The notes below the pieces were generated by a model, which did not search any database, was not told where the DNA came from, and worked only from the letters and a program-made list of their open reading frames with translations. From contig OZ242318.1 of the NCBI GenBank assembly GCA_965208105.1, positions 3,168,001 to 3,232,000 of the forward strand: 64,000 bases of DNA, in the 5' to 3' direction. Positions 1-9,773 of the stretch are shown one piece after another. Source of the stretch: Candidatus Latescibacterota bacterium. GTDB lineage: Bacteria; Latescibacterota; UBA2968; UBA8231. Each line of letters begins with the position of its first letter. Within the stretch, counting starts at the first letter, position 1. Position numbers and translations under genes: made by a program.

Positions 1-249
1 GAATCTCCTCTCTTAAAACCCATATTTGAGATTCAGAGTAATCTTCCTCGCCTCCCATCCATTTCAACGACGGCTTCAGTGAAGGTAGTCATGGTTGCCG
101 GCTCTCACCTCTAACTGGACTTTTGCAAAATGAGGATTTCCTGCTGATGAGTCCAGGTTTTCGGTAGCAGATATGTCGCCCGCCTGAGTATATTGGCGAG
201 GCAAGGTCTCTCCCGCCTTGCACGTCCCCTGTCGCTGTGAGAGGGGTTC

Positions 250-1070
250 ATGCCAGGTATTATTGCTTTTCCTACGATCGTCGAGAAAGCCGTGGACGAA
301 TTCGGCTGGATATTCGCCAACACCCCGGAGCGCTGGCATTTTGCCGAGTATCTGACCGGGCTGATGGTCGCCGAGCGCAAGAACGTTTCGGCGATCAACG
401 CCGAGTTTACCCAAGCCACAGATCAATCCTGCCTGAACCGTTGGATCACTCAGGTGCCGTGGGACGTGGAACAACTCAACGAACATCGTTTGGCCTGGCT
501 GCAGGGCCATTCTTCGACCCGCTATTCAGCGCGGGGGGTGATCGCCATCGACAACACCCTGGTCGGCCATAGCGGGGAGATGATCTAGGACGCGGGTTGG
601 TTCCGGGACCATGCCGAGGGGCGCCATCTGATTGCGCACGACTACGTGATCGCCAACTACGTGTGTTCGTCGGGGAAACCTTATCCTTTGGAGTTTCGCC
701 GATTTCGCAAGCGGGAAGAGGGCGTCGAAGGCGAGTCGGCCGAGCCCTTCAAGAATCACACGGACCTGTTCAAGGAGTTGGTGGACTGGGTGGTGGAGCA
801 AGAGATTCCGGGTGATTTCGCCTTTGACTGCTACTTCACCAGTGCCAGGAGTCTCAACCATATCCAAGGCCATACGTGCGGCTTACGTGGGGGATTTGAA
901 GAGCAACCGCAAGGTCCGCTTCAAGGGCACTGAGATGAAGGCGGTCGAGTGGGCCGCCGAAGTAGCCCCCGAGGAGCGCAAGAGGGTCGACATCGGCGAT
1001 CGCAAGCAGTGGTATTACACCCGAACCGTGCGTCTTTCCCCAGGTCGATCACCCAGTTCGCCTGGTGATT
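250..1070 (+). pseudogene. IS701-family DDE transposase, decayed
   Basis: Motifs 'HFAEYLTGLM..RKNVSAIN', 'DQSCLNRWIT', 'VIAIDNTL', 'FDCYF', 'YVGDLKSNRKV' are spread over ORFs 250-588, 646-933 and 812-1090. In-frame TAG at 586-588, later frameshifts, C-terminus missing. Confidence 0.75.
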
Positions 1071-1144
1071 CTAGCGTAAATTTTTTGTAGGCGACGCAAA
1101 ATTATCGAGAACCCAAATGCAAAGCATCAACCTTCTGATCCTTC

Positions 1145-2323
1145 TCAATCGAGAATTAATGACTTGATTTCTGCCCAGCCTGTAATGTACCTGGTTTCAC
1201 CTGGTGGCGTTCCTTGAGGAGCGGGTGACCACATTGGTCGCCGTCCAGGGGTGAGGACCCTGCTACTGGTTCCGTCTGAGCTGATGACATGCAACATCGA
1301 CTTTTCTTCTCCAGCTTCTGGCTGTATGGCAACCACGATCCACTGACCGTCGGGGGACCATGAAAGTTCCTGTGGCTTCGATCGTACGTTCCCCTCTAGC
1401 AACTGGGATTCCTCATCGGTTGAAAGATCGATAATGAACAAGCCCGGCTGTTGGTATGATGCACCTGTAAAGCCACGCGTGTAAGCTAATCGCTGACCGT
1501 CAGGGGCCCAGGCGCCATAGGTTGCCCATGTACGAATGAATCTGGCCTGTCCTGTGGAAACATCGAGTACGTGCAGATCGTGCCAACCGTCGTCTCCTGT
1601 CCGGACAAGTACCTCAGTTTGGTTCGGAGCGAAAGGAGAACCAGACGAGTCCTCGACCCACCCATTTTTAAAAATCAATCTGTCCTCACTCCCATCGATC
1701 GACCGCACAAACAGGTTCGTCAAAAAAACCCCGACATCAAGGTGATACAATAGCCTTTCGCTGTTTGGAATCCACACCGGTTTATAGCCGCGACCCAACT
1801 CTCTCTCCTTCCCAGTTGCAACATCAATCAAGTACAGCATATCCTTATCCTTGTGCTCAATAACCAGTAGTTTGCCGTCACTTGAAAGGGAAGCACCTAG
1901 GCCGGCTCGGAAAGTTTTTGTAGCACCGAATCTTCCCAGGAGGATCGAAGTTCCGGCATCTCGAGCAAGTAAAATTCGAATCCCATCGGGAAGCCAGTGA
2001 TAGAATCGGCCCTCACCGATTTTGGCCTGGCCGGTACCGTCGGGATTGATGATGTGCAGGCCATCTCTTTCGTACAGAATCTGGCCCCCTGCGGGATCGC
2101 AGATCCCCAGGGAGGCCATGGTAATAAAAATGATTGCAAATCGTCTAATTAGTCTGGTTTGTGAAATACCTGAGCGGCGTGCCAAACCCCTAAGGAATCT
2201 CCATGACAGAATAGGGATGGATGTCGAATGACGATTCCGGTAGGTGGACCAAGCAAGGGGAATCCGAAGCTCCCGGTGGCGAGTGTCCCCCTGCGAAAAC
2301 CCGCTGTCAACTGACCTCGCCAT
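1145..2323 (-). CDS. TolB-like/PD40 beta-propeller protein (true start probably near 2120-2150)
   Basis: Repeated 'W.PDG..I/L' and 'WSPDGQWIV' blades, hydrophobic stretch 'FAIIFITMASLGI', C-terminal 'TGWAEIKS'. Confidence 0.75.
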   Translation of the reverse strand: MARSVDSGFSQGDTRHRELRIPLAWSTYRNRHSTSIPILSWRFLRGLARRSGISQTRLIRRFAIIFITMASLGICDPAGGQILYERDGLHIINPDGTGQAKIGEGRFYHWLPDGIRILLARDAGTSILLGRFGATKTFRAGLGASLSSDGKLLVIEHKDKDMLYLIDVATGKERELGRGYKPVWIPNSERLLYHLDVGVFLTNLFVRSIDGSEDRLIFKNGWVEDSSGSPFAPNQTEVLVRTGDDGWHDLHVLDVSTGQARFIRTWATYGAWAPDGQRLAYTRGFTGASYQQPGLFIIDLSTDEESQLLEGNVRSKPQELSWSPDGQWIVVAIQPEAGEEKSMLHVISSDGTSSRVLTPGRRPMWSPAPQGTPPGETRYITGWAEIKSLILD

Positions 2324-2455
2324 CTTGGCCCTTTCGTATCCCCTCGCTAACTCTTGCCCGTTCGTGGTTCACCTCCGAAACGGAGCAGGTTGCCGTCCGA
2401 ATCCAGGACGTGCAATTCGCAAGGGGCGCATTAGCCGATTGTGTAGACCCGCTGA

Positions 2456-2716
2456 TCACTGAGTCTGCCGGGCATGTGCGTGTCTCTCGAATACGGCCTC
2501 GAGGGTGCCATTGTACTTGGCACAACGCAATGCCAGCATGTGGTTGCTGGAGGCCTCGTACCACCAGGCGCCCGAGCGCTTCAGGCGCACTTGAGCAACG
2601 AAGCGATGGGCCGACTCGATGGCTCCCGAGCCAATGGGGTACCCGCCTTTGCGATGACTTTCATACTCCACTCGAGACAGATGCTCGGTCAGATTGCTTA
2701 CGGCGGCCGTGATCGC
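2456..2716 (-). pseudogene. ISKra4-family transposase C-terminal fragment
   Basis: 'GYPIGSGAIESAHRFVAQVRLKRSGAWW....MLALR' signature; N-terminal part absent. Confidence 0.75.
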
Positions 2717-2873
2717 CTTGAAGGTCGTGGAGATTAATGCCGAATTGGGCGGCCTGTTGCTCAAGGATATCCTGTTCGGCAGGGTGAAGCCCATCTGAAT
2801 GAGCTACCTTGGAGAGGGTCGCGAGGTACAATTTCGGCGAAAATCCATCAAGGGGGTCCGGCAGGAAATTCAT
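2661..2873 (-). pseudogene. TerB-like helical domain protein, truncated by the IS fragment
   Basis: 'LYLATLSKVAHSDGLHPAEQDILEQQAAQFGI' resembles the TerB 'vA.aDG....E' repeat; sequence switches to transposase DNA near 2716. Confidence 0.5.
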
Positions 2874-3180
2874 AGTTACTTCTCCATAAAGTCATCGAGA
2901 TCGTCGGTATTTCGAGCCCCATCTGCTTGAACCCTTGGACTGACCGTTCAAAACCAGAGAATCGCTGTATTTTATGTTCTTTGCCGCGGGAGTCCAGGCC
3001 TACCCATGTGGATCTATGGCTCCCCTTTCTTACCAATTTTCCATCTGCTACAAACCATTCGCCTGCACCGATTGATTCAAGCTCCTGGTAGTACCAATAG
3101 GCGCTGCGGTAGGTGCGGTCCTCATGAAGCGTGATGCCGGAGATCACGACGCTTTGTGAGTTGATTTCATCTTTACGCAC
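2848..3180 (-). CDS. hypothetical protein
   Basis: 110-aa ORF with plausible composition overlapping the TerB-like start; its upstream region is cut by the ISKra4 element. Confidence 0.4.
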   Translation of the reverse strand: MRKDEINSQSVVISGITLHEDRTYRSAYWYYQELESIGAGEWFVADGKLVRKGSHRSTWVGLDSRGKEHKIQRFSGFERSVQGFKQMGLEIPTISMTLWRSNYEFPAGPP

Positions 3181-3220
3181 CCATAGTCAAACCATTTGAT
3201 CTTCCAGGTTTCTTTCTTTT

Positions 3221-4744
3221 GGGTGTAAGTTCTGATTTACGCAGGTACCGACAAAAATGGGATCCCGATTTCGGGCACGAAAGTATATTGGGGTTAGCAC
3301 CTTAGGCCCCATCCCGGAAGGAGATCCCAGATGAAAGATACGAAAGATTTTTCGGTCTGTGTGGCGAATTTGGAAAAAAATGTCTGTCAGTGGGAAATGC
3401 AGTTGCAGGAGCGACCGGACCCGGCGTCGTTTCGAGAGGCGGTCGCCGGGTTGCGCACCGCGCTGGAGCAGGTCGGGCGGACGGGCTTTTTGAAGCTGGC
3501 TCAAGCGAGTGAAACGACGGCCGAGACCGTGGTGTGCGAGGGCACCGTGGTTCGCTTCAAGCAGTGGGCTGACAAGCAGTGGTTGACCCTTTGGGGCAAA
3601 GTCTCGGTGTCGCGGCGGCTGTTTCAACCCGATCGCGGGGGCTCCAGTTGGGTGGCGCTGGATGAGCACTGCGGTATGGTGGGCCGCTTCATGGTGCCGG
3701 AATTGGAGCGCGTGACGGCCGAGGTGGAGGACAGCCTCGCCGAGCTGCTGCCGAAAGGACCCTCGTGCACGGCGATTCAACACCTGTTGGCCGCCGTAGG
3801 GCAGCACGCCGAAGAGGCCGCCGACGCCTTGGAAGAGGCCATGGAAGCCCAGGCGCCGCTGGAGGTAGCCGCCGACACGCTGGTGGTCGGATGGGATGGC
3901 GTCCACGTGCCCCTGCGCCAGACCGCACCGAAACGAGGGCGCCCGCCGGAGCGGCCCCAAGCCTCGGACCCGCCCACGACCACCACCGCTTGGAGAGAAG
4001 CCAGCGTAGGTATGGTGGCCACCTACGCGACCCCGCTGGAGGCGGAAAACGAAGCGCCGTAGCGCGTCGATGTGCGCTACGTCAGCCGCAGGCCCGAGGC
4101 GAAGATGCAGCGGCTGATCGACGGCATGGTGGATTTGACCGAACGGACCCTGCAACGCGGCTCGTTTCGGTTTCGGGTTTTCCTGGCCGATGGGAAACGG
4201 GAGATCTGGCGGCGGGTGGACGAGCAGCCCGTGTTCGCCGATTTCATTCCCATTCTGGATTTCTATCACGCCGCCGACCATCTGTCCAAAGCGGCGGAGC
4301 ATCTGTTCGGCAAGGCCTCGAGCAAAGCCAACCACTGGTTTACATCGTGGCGCCACAAACTGTGTCATGAGGAGGGGGCGGCCGATCGTTTGCTGCGCTC
4401 GTTGGCCTATCACCGGGGCAAACTCAAGAAGGGCTCGCACCGCTATCGCCAGGTGACCGGCGAGATGGGCTACTTTCGTCACAACCGAGACAAGATGGAT
4501 TATGCCGCCTTCCAGGCGGCCGGTCTGATCATCTCCAGTGGGCCGGTGGAGGCGGCGGCCAAAACCATCGTCGGACACCGGCTCAAACGCAGTGGCATGC
4601 GTTGGACGAAAAGAGGAGGCCAGCACATTCTCAACCTCCGCGTTCACGTGCAGTCCAAGCGCTGGGATCCATTCTGGGAATGGCACCTGCGACATTCAGA
4701 CCAACGGGTGCCCGCCACAGCTGCGTAAATTCAAGGTTACACCC
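3221..4744 (+). mobile_element. ISKra4-family insertion sequence (transposase 3331-4728 inactivated)
   Basis: 24-bp imperfect TIRs: GGGTGTAAGTTCTGATTTACGCAG (3221-3244) vs reverse complement of 4721-4744, 19/24 identical. Motifs 'GWDGVHVP', 'FLADG', 'LDFYHA', 'SSGPVEAA..RLKRSGMRW'. In-frame TAG at 4060-4062. Confidence 0.85.
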
Positions 4745-4804
4745 CTATTATATAGGTCGGCCTTTATTTGTTTCGTAATTCCTGCTTTAAGGTCTTGCCG
4801 TCGG

Positions 4805-5197
4805 TCATCGCTTCTTTACTTCCTCTTCAGCAATCATGAGGGTGGTCGGCCCCGCGACGGAGCGCACGAACAGCCTCGATCCAGCGTCTAGCTTGAACAT
4901 CGAATGTGGTATCACATCCAGCTCGAACAGGTGTTCGGATTGGGGGTCCAGGATCAGTCCCGAGGTGGCATCGAGGTTCGCGGGAGCGGTCGCGCCAATG
5001 TAAAACCATACCGGGTCCTGGTCCTCATCGAGGAGGCTCAGGCCATACTCCACGTTGGCCTCTAGGTCGATGTATTTGCCCACATCGACGGTCTGGGCGG
5101 CAGGAACGAGCAATGTAAAGAAGAAAGAGAGTGCCCCCAGGTCAAAGGCAGTGACGACCGGTCGGGGGGATTGAACAGGTCTCATAAGGACTTCCAC
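4805..5197 (-). CDS. hypothetical protein, possibly secreted
   Basis: 130-aa ORF with an N-terminal hydrophobic segment 'LGALSFFFTLLVPAAQ' and a beta-rich remainder. Confidence 0.5.
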   Translation of the reverse strand: MEVLMRPVQSPRPVVTAFDLGALSFFFTLLVPAAQTVDVGKYIDLEANVEYGLSLLDEDQDPVWFYIGATAPANLDATSGLILDPQSEHLFELDVIPHSMFKLDAGSRLFVRSVAGPTTLMIAEEEVKKR

Positions 5198-5257
5198 CTG
5201 CGCGAAAGATTGTTATTTGATGGTCTGCGAGTGTTCGTCCGACAACAATAACTTCCC

Positions 5258-5286
5258 TTAAAGATAATTAAGGGAGAGGTTAAAAT
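5258..5286 (+). promoter_or_regulatory. putative sigma70 promoter facing the structured non-coding region
   Basis: TTAAAG-N17-TAAAAT, overlapped by the palindrome CCCTTAA-N6-TTAAGGG (5255-5274). Confidence 0.35.
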
Positions 5287-5558
5287 AGGGGCAAATGGAT
5301 GTATGCTCTTTATTTTCTGGGGGAAGGCTCAGTTTCCTGCCTGTTTTCGTCGATTTCTATCCGGATCTTACGATCCGGCCGGACCTCTCCCTACGTCGAC
5401 CTCAGTCCATGCAGAAAAGCCTTTCCCTGGTCTCAGACGAAACAAAACAGGCTTCCCGCTTTGCCTGGAGACGGAAGGTGCGTAGTACAAAGGAGGGAAA
5501 ACCGATGCACACCCCAAGAAACGACTGCCAGAGGGCTGCCAGATACAGTTTCGCAGCT

Positions 5559-5593
5559 AAAAAAGGATAGACGCAAATTTTACGTCTACCCTT
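5559..5593 (-). terminator. rho-independent terminator
   Basis: Minus strand reads AAGGGTAGACGTAAAATTTGCGTCTATCCTTTTTT: a long stem with G-U pairs followed by a U-tract, just downstream of the 27-aa ORF. Confidence 0.7.
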
Positions 5594-5615
5594 CCGGTCT
5601 GGCATCCTGCCGGAA

Positions 5616-5699
5616 TCACTTCGACTTCCAGTGATTCAGAATGATCCGAATCCCTTCCAGCGCGATCTCCAGCAGTGTGGCCAACCCTCGCGGCATCAT
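5616..5699 (-). CDS. 27-aa amphipathic peptide MMPRGLATLLEIALEGIRIILNHWKSK, type I toxin-like
   Basis: Strong SD (GGAGGGGGTGAT) ending 5 nt before the ATG, hydrophobic helix with a basic C-terminus, own terminator. Below the ORF-track size cutoff. Confidence 0.55.
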   Translation of the reverse strand: MMPRGLATLLEIALEGIRIILNHWKSK

Positions 5700-5789
5700 C
5701 AGGTATCACCCCCTCCCTGCCTCTGGATAAACCTTCGGTCTGTCCTCCATTTGATACTCCATTGCCCGGGTATGGGTCTTTCCAACCGG

Positions 5790-6450
5790 TCCACGGCTCG
5801 CCTGTGCGAGTGATCCTGAAATTCAGGTCTGAAACTCCCCGGCAAGCAAGATTCTGTCTGGGACCGGTACCAAAGGAGAGACCTTTGGTGCCCTTGAGGG
5901 TGGGCACATTGGCTACAGGTGAAGAATGTGCGAAAGCCCCAGCGCAAAGGGCCACCAGGGTCCTACCAACCTGGGAGCGATAGAGACCTCGAGCCTGAAT
6001 CGGATGCCTCGGGGAGGGGGTAGATCTCAGTACCCACCCTCGGCCGGTCATGCCCCTTGGACCTTGAAAGCCGACAGCAGTATCGCCTCCGGTGGACTTT
6101 GGACCACCACCCAAAGTACACCCGGCTGGGGATGACTTCTTGGGTCGAGAGGTGGGCCCTGCAGTGCCGGTCAATGGAGCCCACCCGATTTGGAGAAGGT
6201 CTCTACCGGCACTGCAGAGCACCACAGCGCAACCCCTGCGGGGGTGCATGAGACGGGTCTCCCGCGGAACCCTGCACTCTCCCACAGCCATTGCGCGAAG
6301 CAGACCAACGGCTTGGATCCTGTCAGGACCGGGAATTGTTTCCTTTCATCCATGGTGCCCTTTCTGGTAAGAAATGGGGGATCGGGTTTGAAGAATCTTT
6401 TTTCTGATCCGGCCCTTCCATGCCGTAGCGGGTGGACCACGGCTGTAGCG
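5790..6450. ncRNA. putative large structured RNA or ssDNA-folding element
   Basis: Dense nested inverted repeats (5866-5876/5882-5892; 5904-5910/5925-5931; 6033-6045/6143-6156; 6046-6056/6128-6137; 6089-6102/6111-6125; perfect 13-bp 6159-6171/6205-6217) and no convincing ORF. Confidence 0.4.
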
Positions 6451-6465
6451 GGGGTCTCCCTTCCC

Positions 6466-6903
6466 TTAGACCATCCCCGTTTCCTTCATGGACAGGTTTC
6501 GGTCGGGAGGAGCGACGATGATATGGTCGAGCACCTCAATCCCCACAAGGCGGCCGGCTTCGACCAGGCGGTGGGTGAGATCGATATCGTCCTTCGACGG
6601 TGACGGGTCTCCACTGGGGTGATTGTGGGAAAGTATGAGCGAACAGGCGCCCTTGAGGATAGCCGACTTGAACACTTCCCGGGGATGTACCTGCGCTGCC
6701 GTCTGGCTGCCTATCGAGGTGATTTCGTGGGCCACGACCCGGTTACGTACATCAAGGTGGAGGACGACAAACATCTCCCGGTCGGCCATTTTGATATCCA
6801 AGGTATCGAGATAGGTGGCTACGTCTCCGGGGTTCTCAACAGGTTCGGAAATTACCTCGTTCCAGACCTGTTTAACCTTGCGTTCGACTACTTCGATTTT
6901 CAT
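6466..6903 (-). CDS. radC: RadC/JAB-domain protein
   Basis: 'REMFVVLHLD', 'VHPREVF', 'HNHPSGDPSPSKDD', 'VLDHII'. ATG at 6903 with an AAGGA SD. Confidence 0.9.
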   Translation of the reverse strand: MKIEVVERKVKQVWNEVISEPVENPGDVATYLDTLDIKMADREMFVVLHLDVRNRVVAHEITSIGSQTAAQVHPREVFKSAILKGACSLILSHNHPSGDPSPSKDDIDLTHRLVEAGRLVGIEVLDHIIVAPPDRNLSMKETGMV

Positions 6904-7449
6904 GAAGAATCCTTCTTCTGAAGAAACTTCCTGGGTTTTTGATTCATTAAATTGGCCGAAATTACAGATCCACACTCCGATTCGATCAATGGCAGACGCG
7001 TCCAAACAGGTTGGGTGAGAGGTGATGAATTGCGGCACCATGGGGTGACTGGAAGTACGACTACTTTGATGTGATTTGAAGAATCAATCGGAGGAGTCCG
7101 ACAGGCAAGATGGAGAGCCTAGGTACAGCGCTTTGGGCAGCAGAGATCTCAACAGGGAGGATTGGAAAGAGCGGTTGACGGAAGGATCCTGGGTGGAGGG
7201 CTTTAGGCGGGCGCGGACCAAGTGCTATGGAGGGTGTTCAATCACCAGGTTTTGGGGGCTTACGGGACACTGGAATGCTTTCCAGGATGTTTCGGAGGGG
7301 ATCCTTGAGGAAAGTCCCGGGAAGCCTCAGATCAGTCTTCCCAATGAATCGGCTCCCATAATTATCCCGGTGGGAATTCTCAAGCCATCAGGGGGAGTTC
7401 GGGGGATATAGAGCACGTATATGGCAGCTATCAAAGCGGATAGACAAAA

Positions 7450-7659
7450 CTATTCCCCATCAGCCCTTACCCAGCCTTCTCCCCGGTGTGTGATGGTCTT
7501 GATCTTTGAGAGACGAAACTCAAGCTCTCTGACCTCTCCTCCATACTTCTTGCGGTGAGCGGTAGCACCAGGCAGGGTTTCAAACTTATCCACCTTCTTG
7601 TTTTTCACGACTACATATCGGCGGATAACCCAACTGGGCAGGTTTATTTCGTCGGACAT
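7450..7659 (-). CDS. small basic hypothetical protein
   Basis: 69 aa; AAGGAG SD 6 nt upstream of the ATG. Confidence 0.6.
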   Translation of the reverse strand: MSDEINLPSWVIRRYVVVKNKKVDKFETLPGATAHRKKYGGEVRELEFRLSKIKTITHRGEGWVRADGE

Positions 7660-8408
7660 GGTGTTCTCCTTTGTAGGCGCAAGGCAGGGAAAAATACTCT
7701 ACAAAGGGTTATACCACATTATTGAATAAATCGCCCCAGGAGCCTGGAGGGAGTGTCAGCAATCTGGATTTCAGGTAAGGGGTGAGAGGCAGGGATACGC
7801 TTTGCCCAAGAGAAGGCGGTGGGCAATAGTACGTGCAGATAAGGATAATGGAGTAGATCTGTCGCCCGTAGTGGCCAGCCAGGCGAGGCCTATTTGCACC
7901 TTTGGCCTTACGGGATCCAGAAGCCTGGAGCCCGTTTAGGGGCAGGACTCCTTCACGCTGAGATGCCAGCGCATCTCTGTCTTCGTAGTGCCCGCCAACT
8001 CAGGTTTCCGTTGCGGAGCCTCGTTCTTGGTAGGAAGAGGGAGCCTGGACGATTGAGGCCACCACAATGGATCCCTGGCTGAGCAGCAACCCGCGCCCGA
8101 ACAAAACCTGCCTCGAACGACGATCCATTGCCTCAGTCTAACGATGGTGAAAGAGAAAGTGGCGAAACTTGCAGATTGCCCTCTCCTCTGGAATGCCGTC
8201 TATACCCACCCCCGCAAAGCGACGCATGGATGCCACGTCATACAGGCTGTCTTCCATCGCCCTTCCGTATAGGTAGTTCCGCCACTTTGACCTTCCCCAC
8301 GAGTGGTACCTATTTCAAAGTTAGGTCTGGAAAATTGATGAGTCCAACCTATCAGTCCCTGGTGGACCTCCTCAGACCCCCTTCCGGGTCAACCTGTCCC
8401 ACCCCAGC

Positions 8409-8708
8409 TTGTTCGATCAGCTCAAGATCGTCGCCAATCCCGGCTCCGAGCGCCTTATCGAGCTGGGGCTCGTCAGGCCCAACTCCAATACTCGTTCCTA
8501 CTGTACAGCGGAGGGCAACGATACCGTCCGCCGCAAGCCTGGGCAGAACGTATACATCCAAGTCTGCGGATCCGGGGAGGCCTTCATCGTCATCAAGACC
8601 ATCGAGGACGTGGCCATCGACACGCTCTCCTTCGAGGTGGGGCAAACGGTTTTGGAGGAGCCGCTTACCGGTCGTTTGGAGCCCAGTCTGTCCCTGCTAC
8701 ATCTCTAG
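8409..8708 (+). pseudogene. fragment of a hypothetical, possibly extracellular, protein
   Basis: Coding-like codon pattern, but the upstream frame has stops and there is no good start. Confidence 0.3.
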
Positions 8709-8785
8709 AAGCTCCCACAAAATAATCGACTCGATGCCACCGTAGCTTGCAGGCAATATCGAGCCGAAAATTTCGAGCTTGGCGG

Positions 8786-9193
8786 CTATTCGGCATCCCA
8801 CCAAATTGAATTTGCAACAATTGCCTCGCGGATTGGACCTTTCTTGCGACCCTTTATCAGGGAATGGGCACAGTTGGGGCCATGAACAGGGTCCACAACC
8901 GGATCGTAAATGACATGCTGCTTCCACTCGGGAACTATCTGGCCCACTCGTTTGGGATTGCGAGGATTCTTGATATTGTCACAAACCGAGATTTCAATCA
9001 CTCGCGTCTTTCCTTCCGCAACGTGAAATGATTTCGAAGGATCAGGTCGGAACTTCTTCCAGTCACAAGAGAGCTCGATTTCCCAAAAAATTGAGGAGGG
9101 TATCTCCACTTGGCCTTTAGGAAAGGCATCCCTGCGACACCACTTGTATAGCACCTCTCCATTTGGAATTTCACTACCGGGAGAGGGTTTCAT
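8786..9193 (-). CDS. putative ADP-ribosyltransferase-fold (RES-like) toxin
   Basis: 'EVLYK', 'SSIF...LSCDW', 'V.YDP......N.AHSLI.G' pattern of small ART-like proteins; last gene of an overlapping three-gene operon. Confidence 0.5.
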   Translation of the reverse strand: MKPSPGSEIPNGEVLYKWCRRDAFPKGQVEIPSSIFWEIELSCDWKKFRPDPSKSFHVAEGKTRVIEISVCDNIKNPRNPKRVGQIVPEWKQHVIYDPVVDPVHGPNCAHSLIKGRKKGPIREAIVANSIWWDAE

Positions 9194-9773
9194 ATTGAGA
9201 AATTACCATGCCAAGCAACTCGTTTCCCTTTATGTTGTGTTCGAAATAGCGCCCGCCAAATAGAACTTCCAGATCAACGCGATTATCGTTTGTTATTACC
9301 ACGTTGATTGCATTTTCATCATCTGCATGAAGTTCGACAATTATTCCTCCGCTTGGAATAGGGCCCATAACTATCCTCGGAATGAGGGCGATTTCCTCAG
9401 TGATAACTTTCTGGTTAATGTAACCCAGCAATAATTGGGAAAGGAAAATCGCCGAGTTGGATGGCTTGTCCGCGCCTCCGGAAATCCAATCTGGTTCGAG
9501 ATTCTGCAATCCTTGGAGATATCTAAATCTGTCGGACACGAGAGAGGAGAAATTCCGAATCCCTGTTTCCTTCCAGTTGCCTGATCGACCACGACCAAGA
9601 TTGTTATCAGCGTAAAAATGGGAAATATCCGAGACGTCAAGGATGCAGGGCTTCTCACCGAATCCTGAAACAGGAGTTGCATCAAGTAGGTTAACTGCTC
9701 GCACGTCTCCACCCCAAATCACTGATGGCGACCACTCATTTAAGTAGGGGACTTGGACAGTGTCTATTCCCAT
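9174..9773 (-). CDS. hypothetical protein, putative antitoxin
   Basis: C-terminal 'L..L..L..DW..GGA..P...AI....LL....P.....P.GGI..E' domain of the kind I associate with TIGR04255 neighbours; overlaps both flanking genes. Confidence 0.6.
   Translation of the reverse strand: MGIDTVQVPYLNEWSPSVIWGGDVRAVNLLDATPVSGFGEKPCILDVSDISHFYADNNLGRGRSGNWKETGIRNFSSLVSDRFRYLQGLQNLEPDWISGGADKPSNSAIFLSQLLLGYINQKVITEEIALIPRIVMGPIPSGGIIVELHADDENAINVVITNDNRVDLEVLFGGRYFEHNIKGNELLGMVISQYETLSR

Noticed and set aside
3187-4695. 502-aa minus-strand ORF
   Set aside because: Antisense shadow of the ISKra4 transposase. The same applies to long shadow ORFs such as 26082-28070, 32420-34099, 35264-37051 and 41602-43143.
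5690-5705. CTGATGA as a hammerhead ribozyme core
   Set aside because: No stem II followed by GAAA in the required arrangement; the motif coincides with the peptide start codons.
5557-6291. 244-aa ORF across the structured region
   Set aside because: G/R/P-rich with no SD or recognisable motif, and it conflicts with the better-supported peptide gene and terminator.
7031-7041. CGGCACCA resembling the tRNA 3' end as the island's distal att site
   Set aside because: Only 8 bp match and it is in the wrong orientation for a direct repeat. The GGTGCCGAAG match near 19590 lies within IS1595 coding sequence.
7060-7440. Purine-skewed intergenic stretch and 111-aa ORF upstream of radC
   Set aside because: No repeats, convincing stems or protein motif found, so there is not enough evidence to call a feature.
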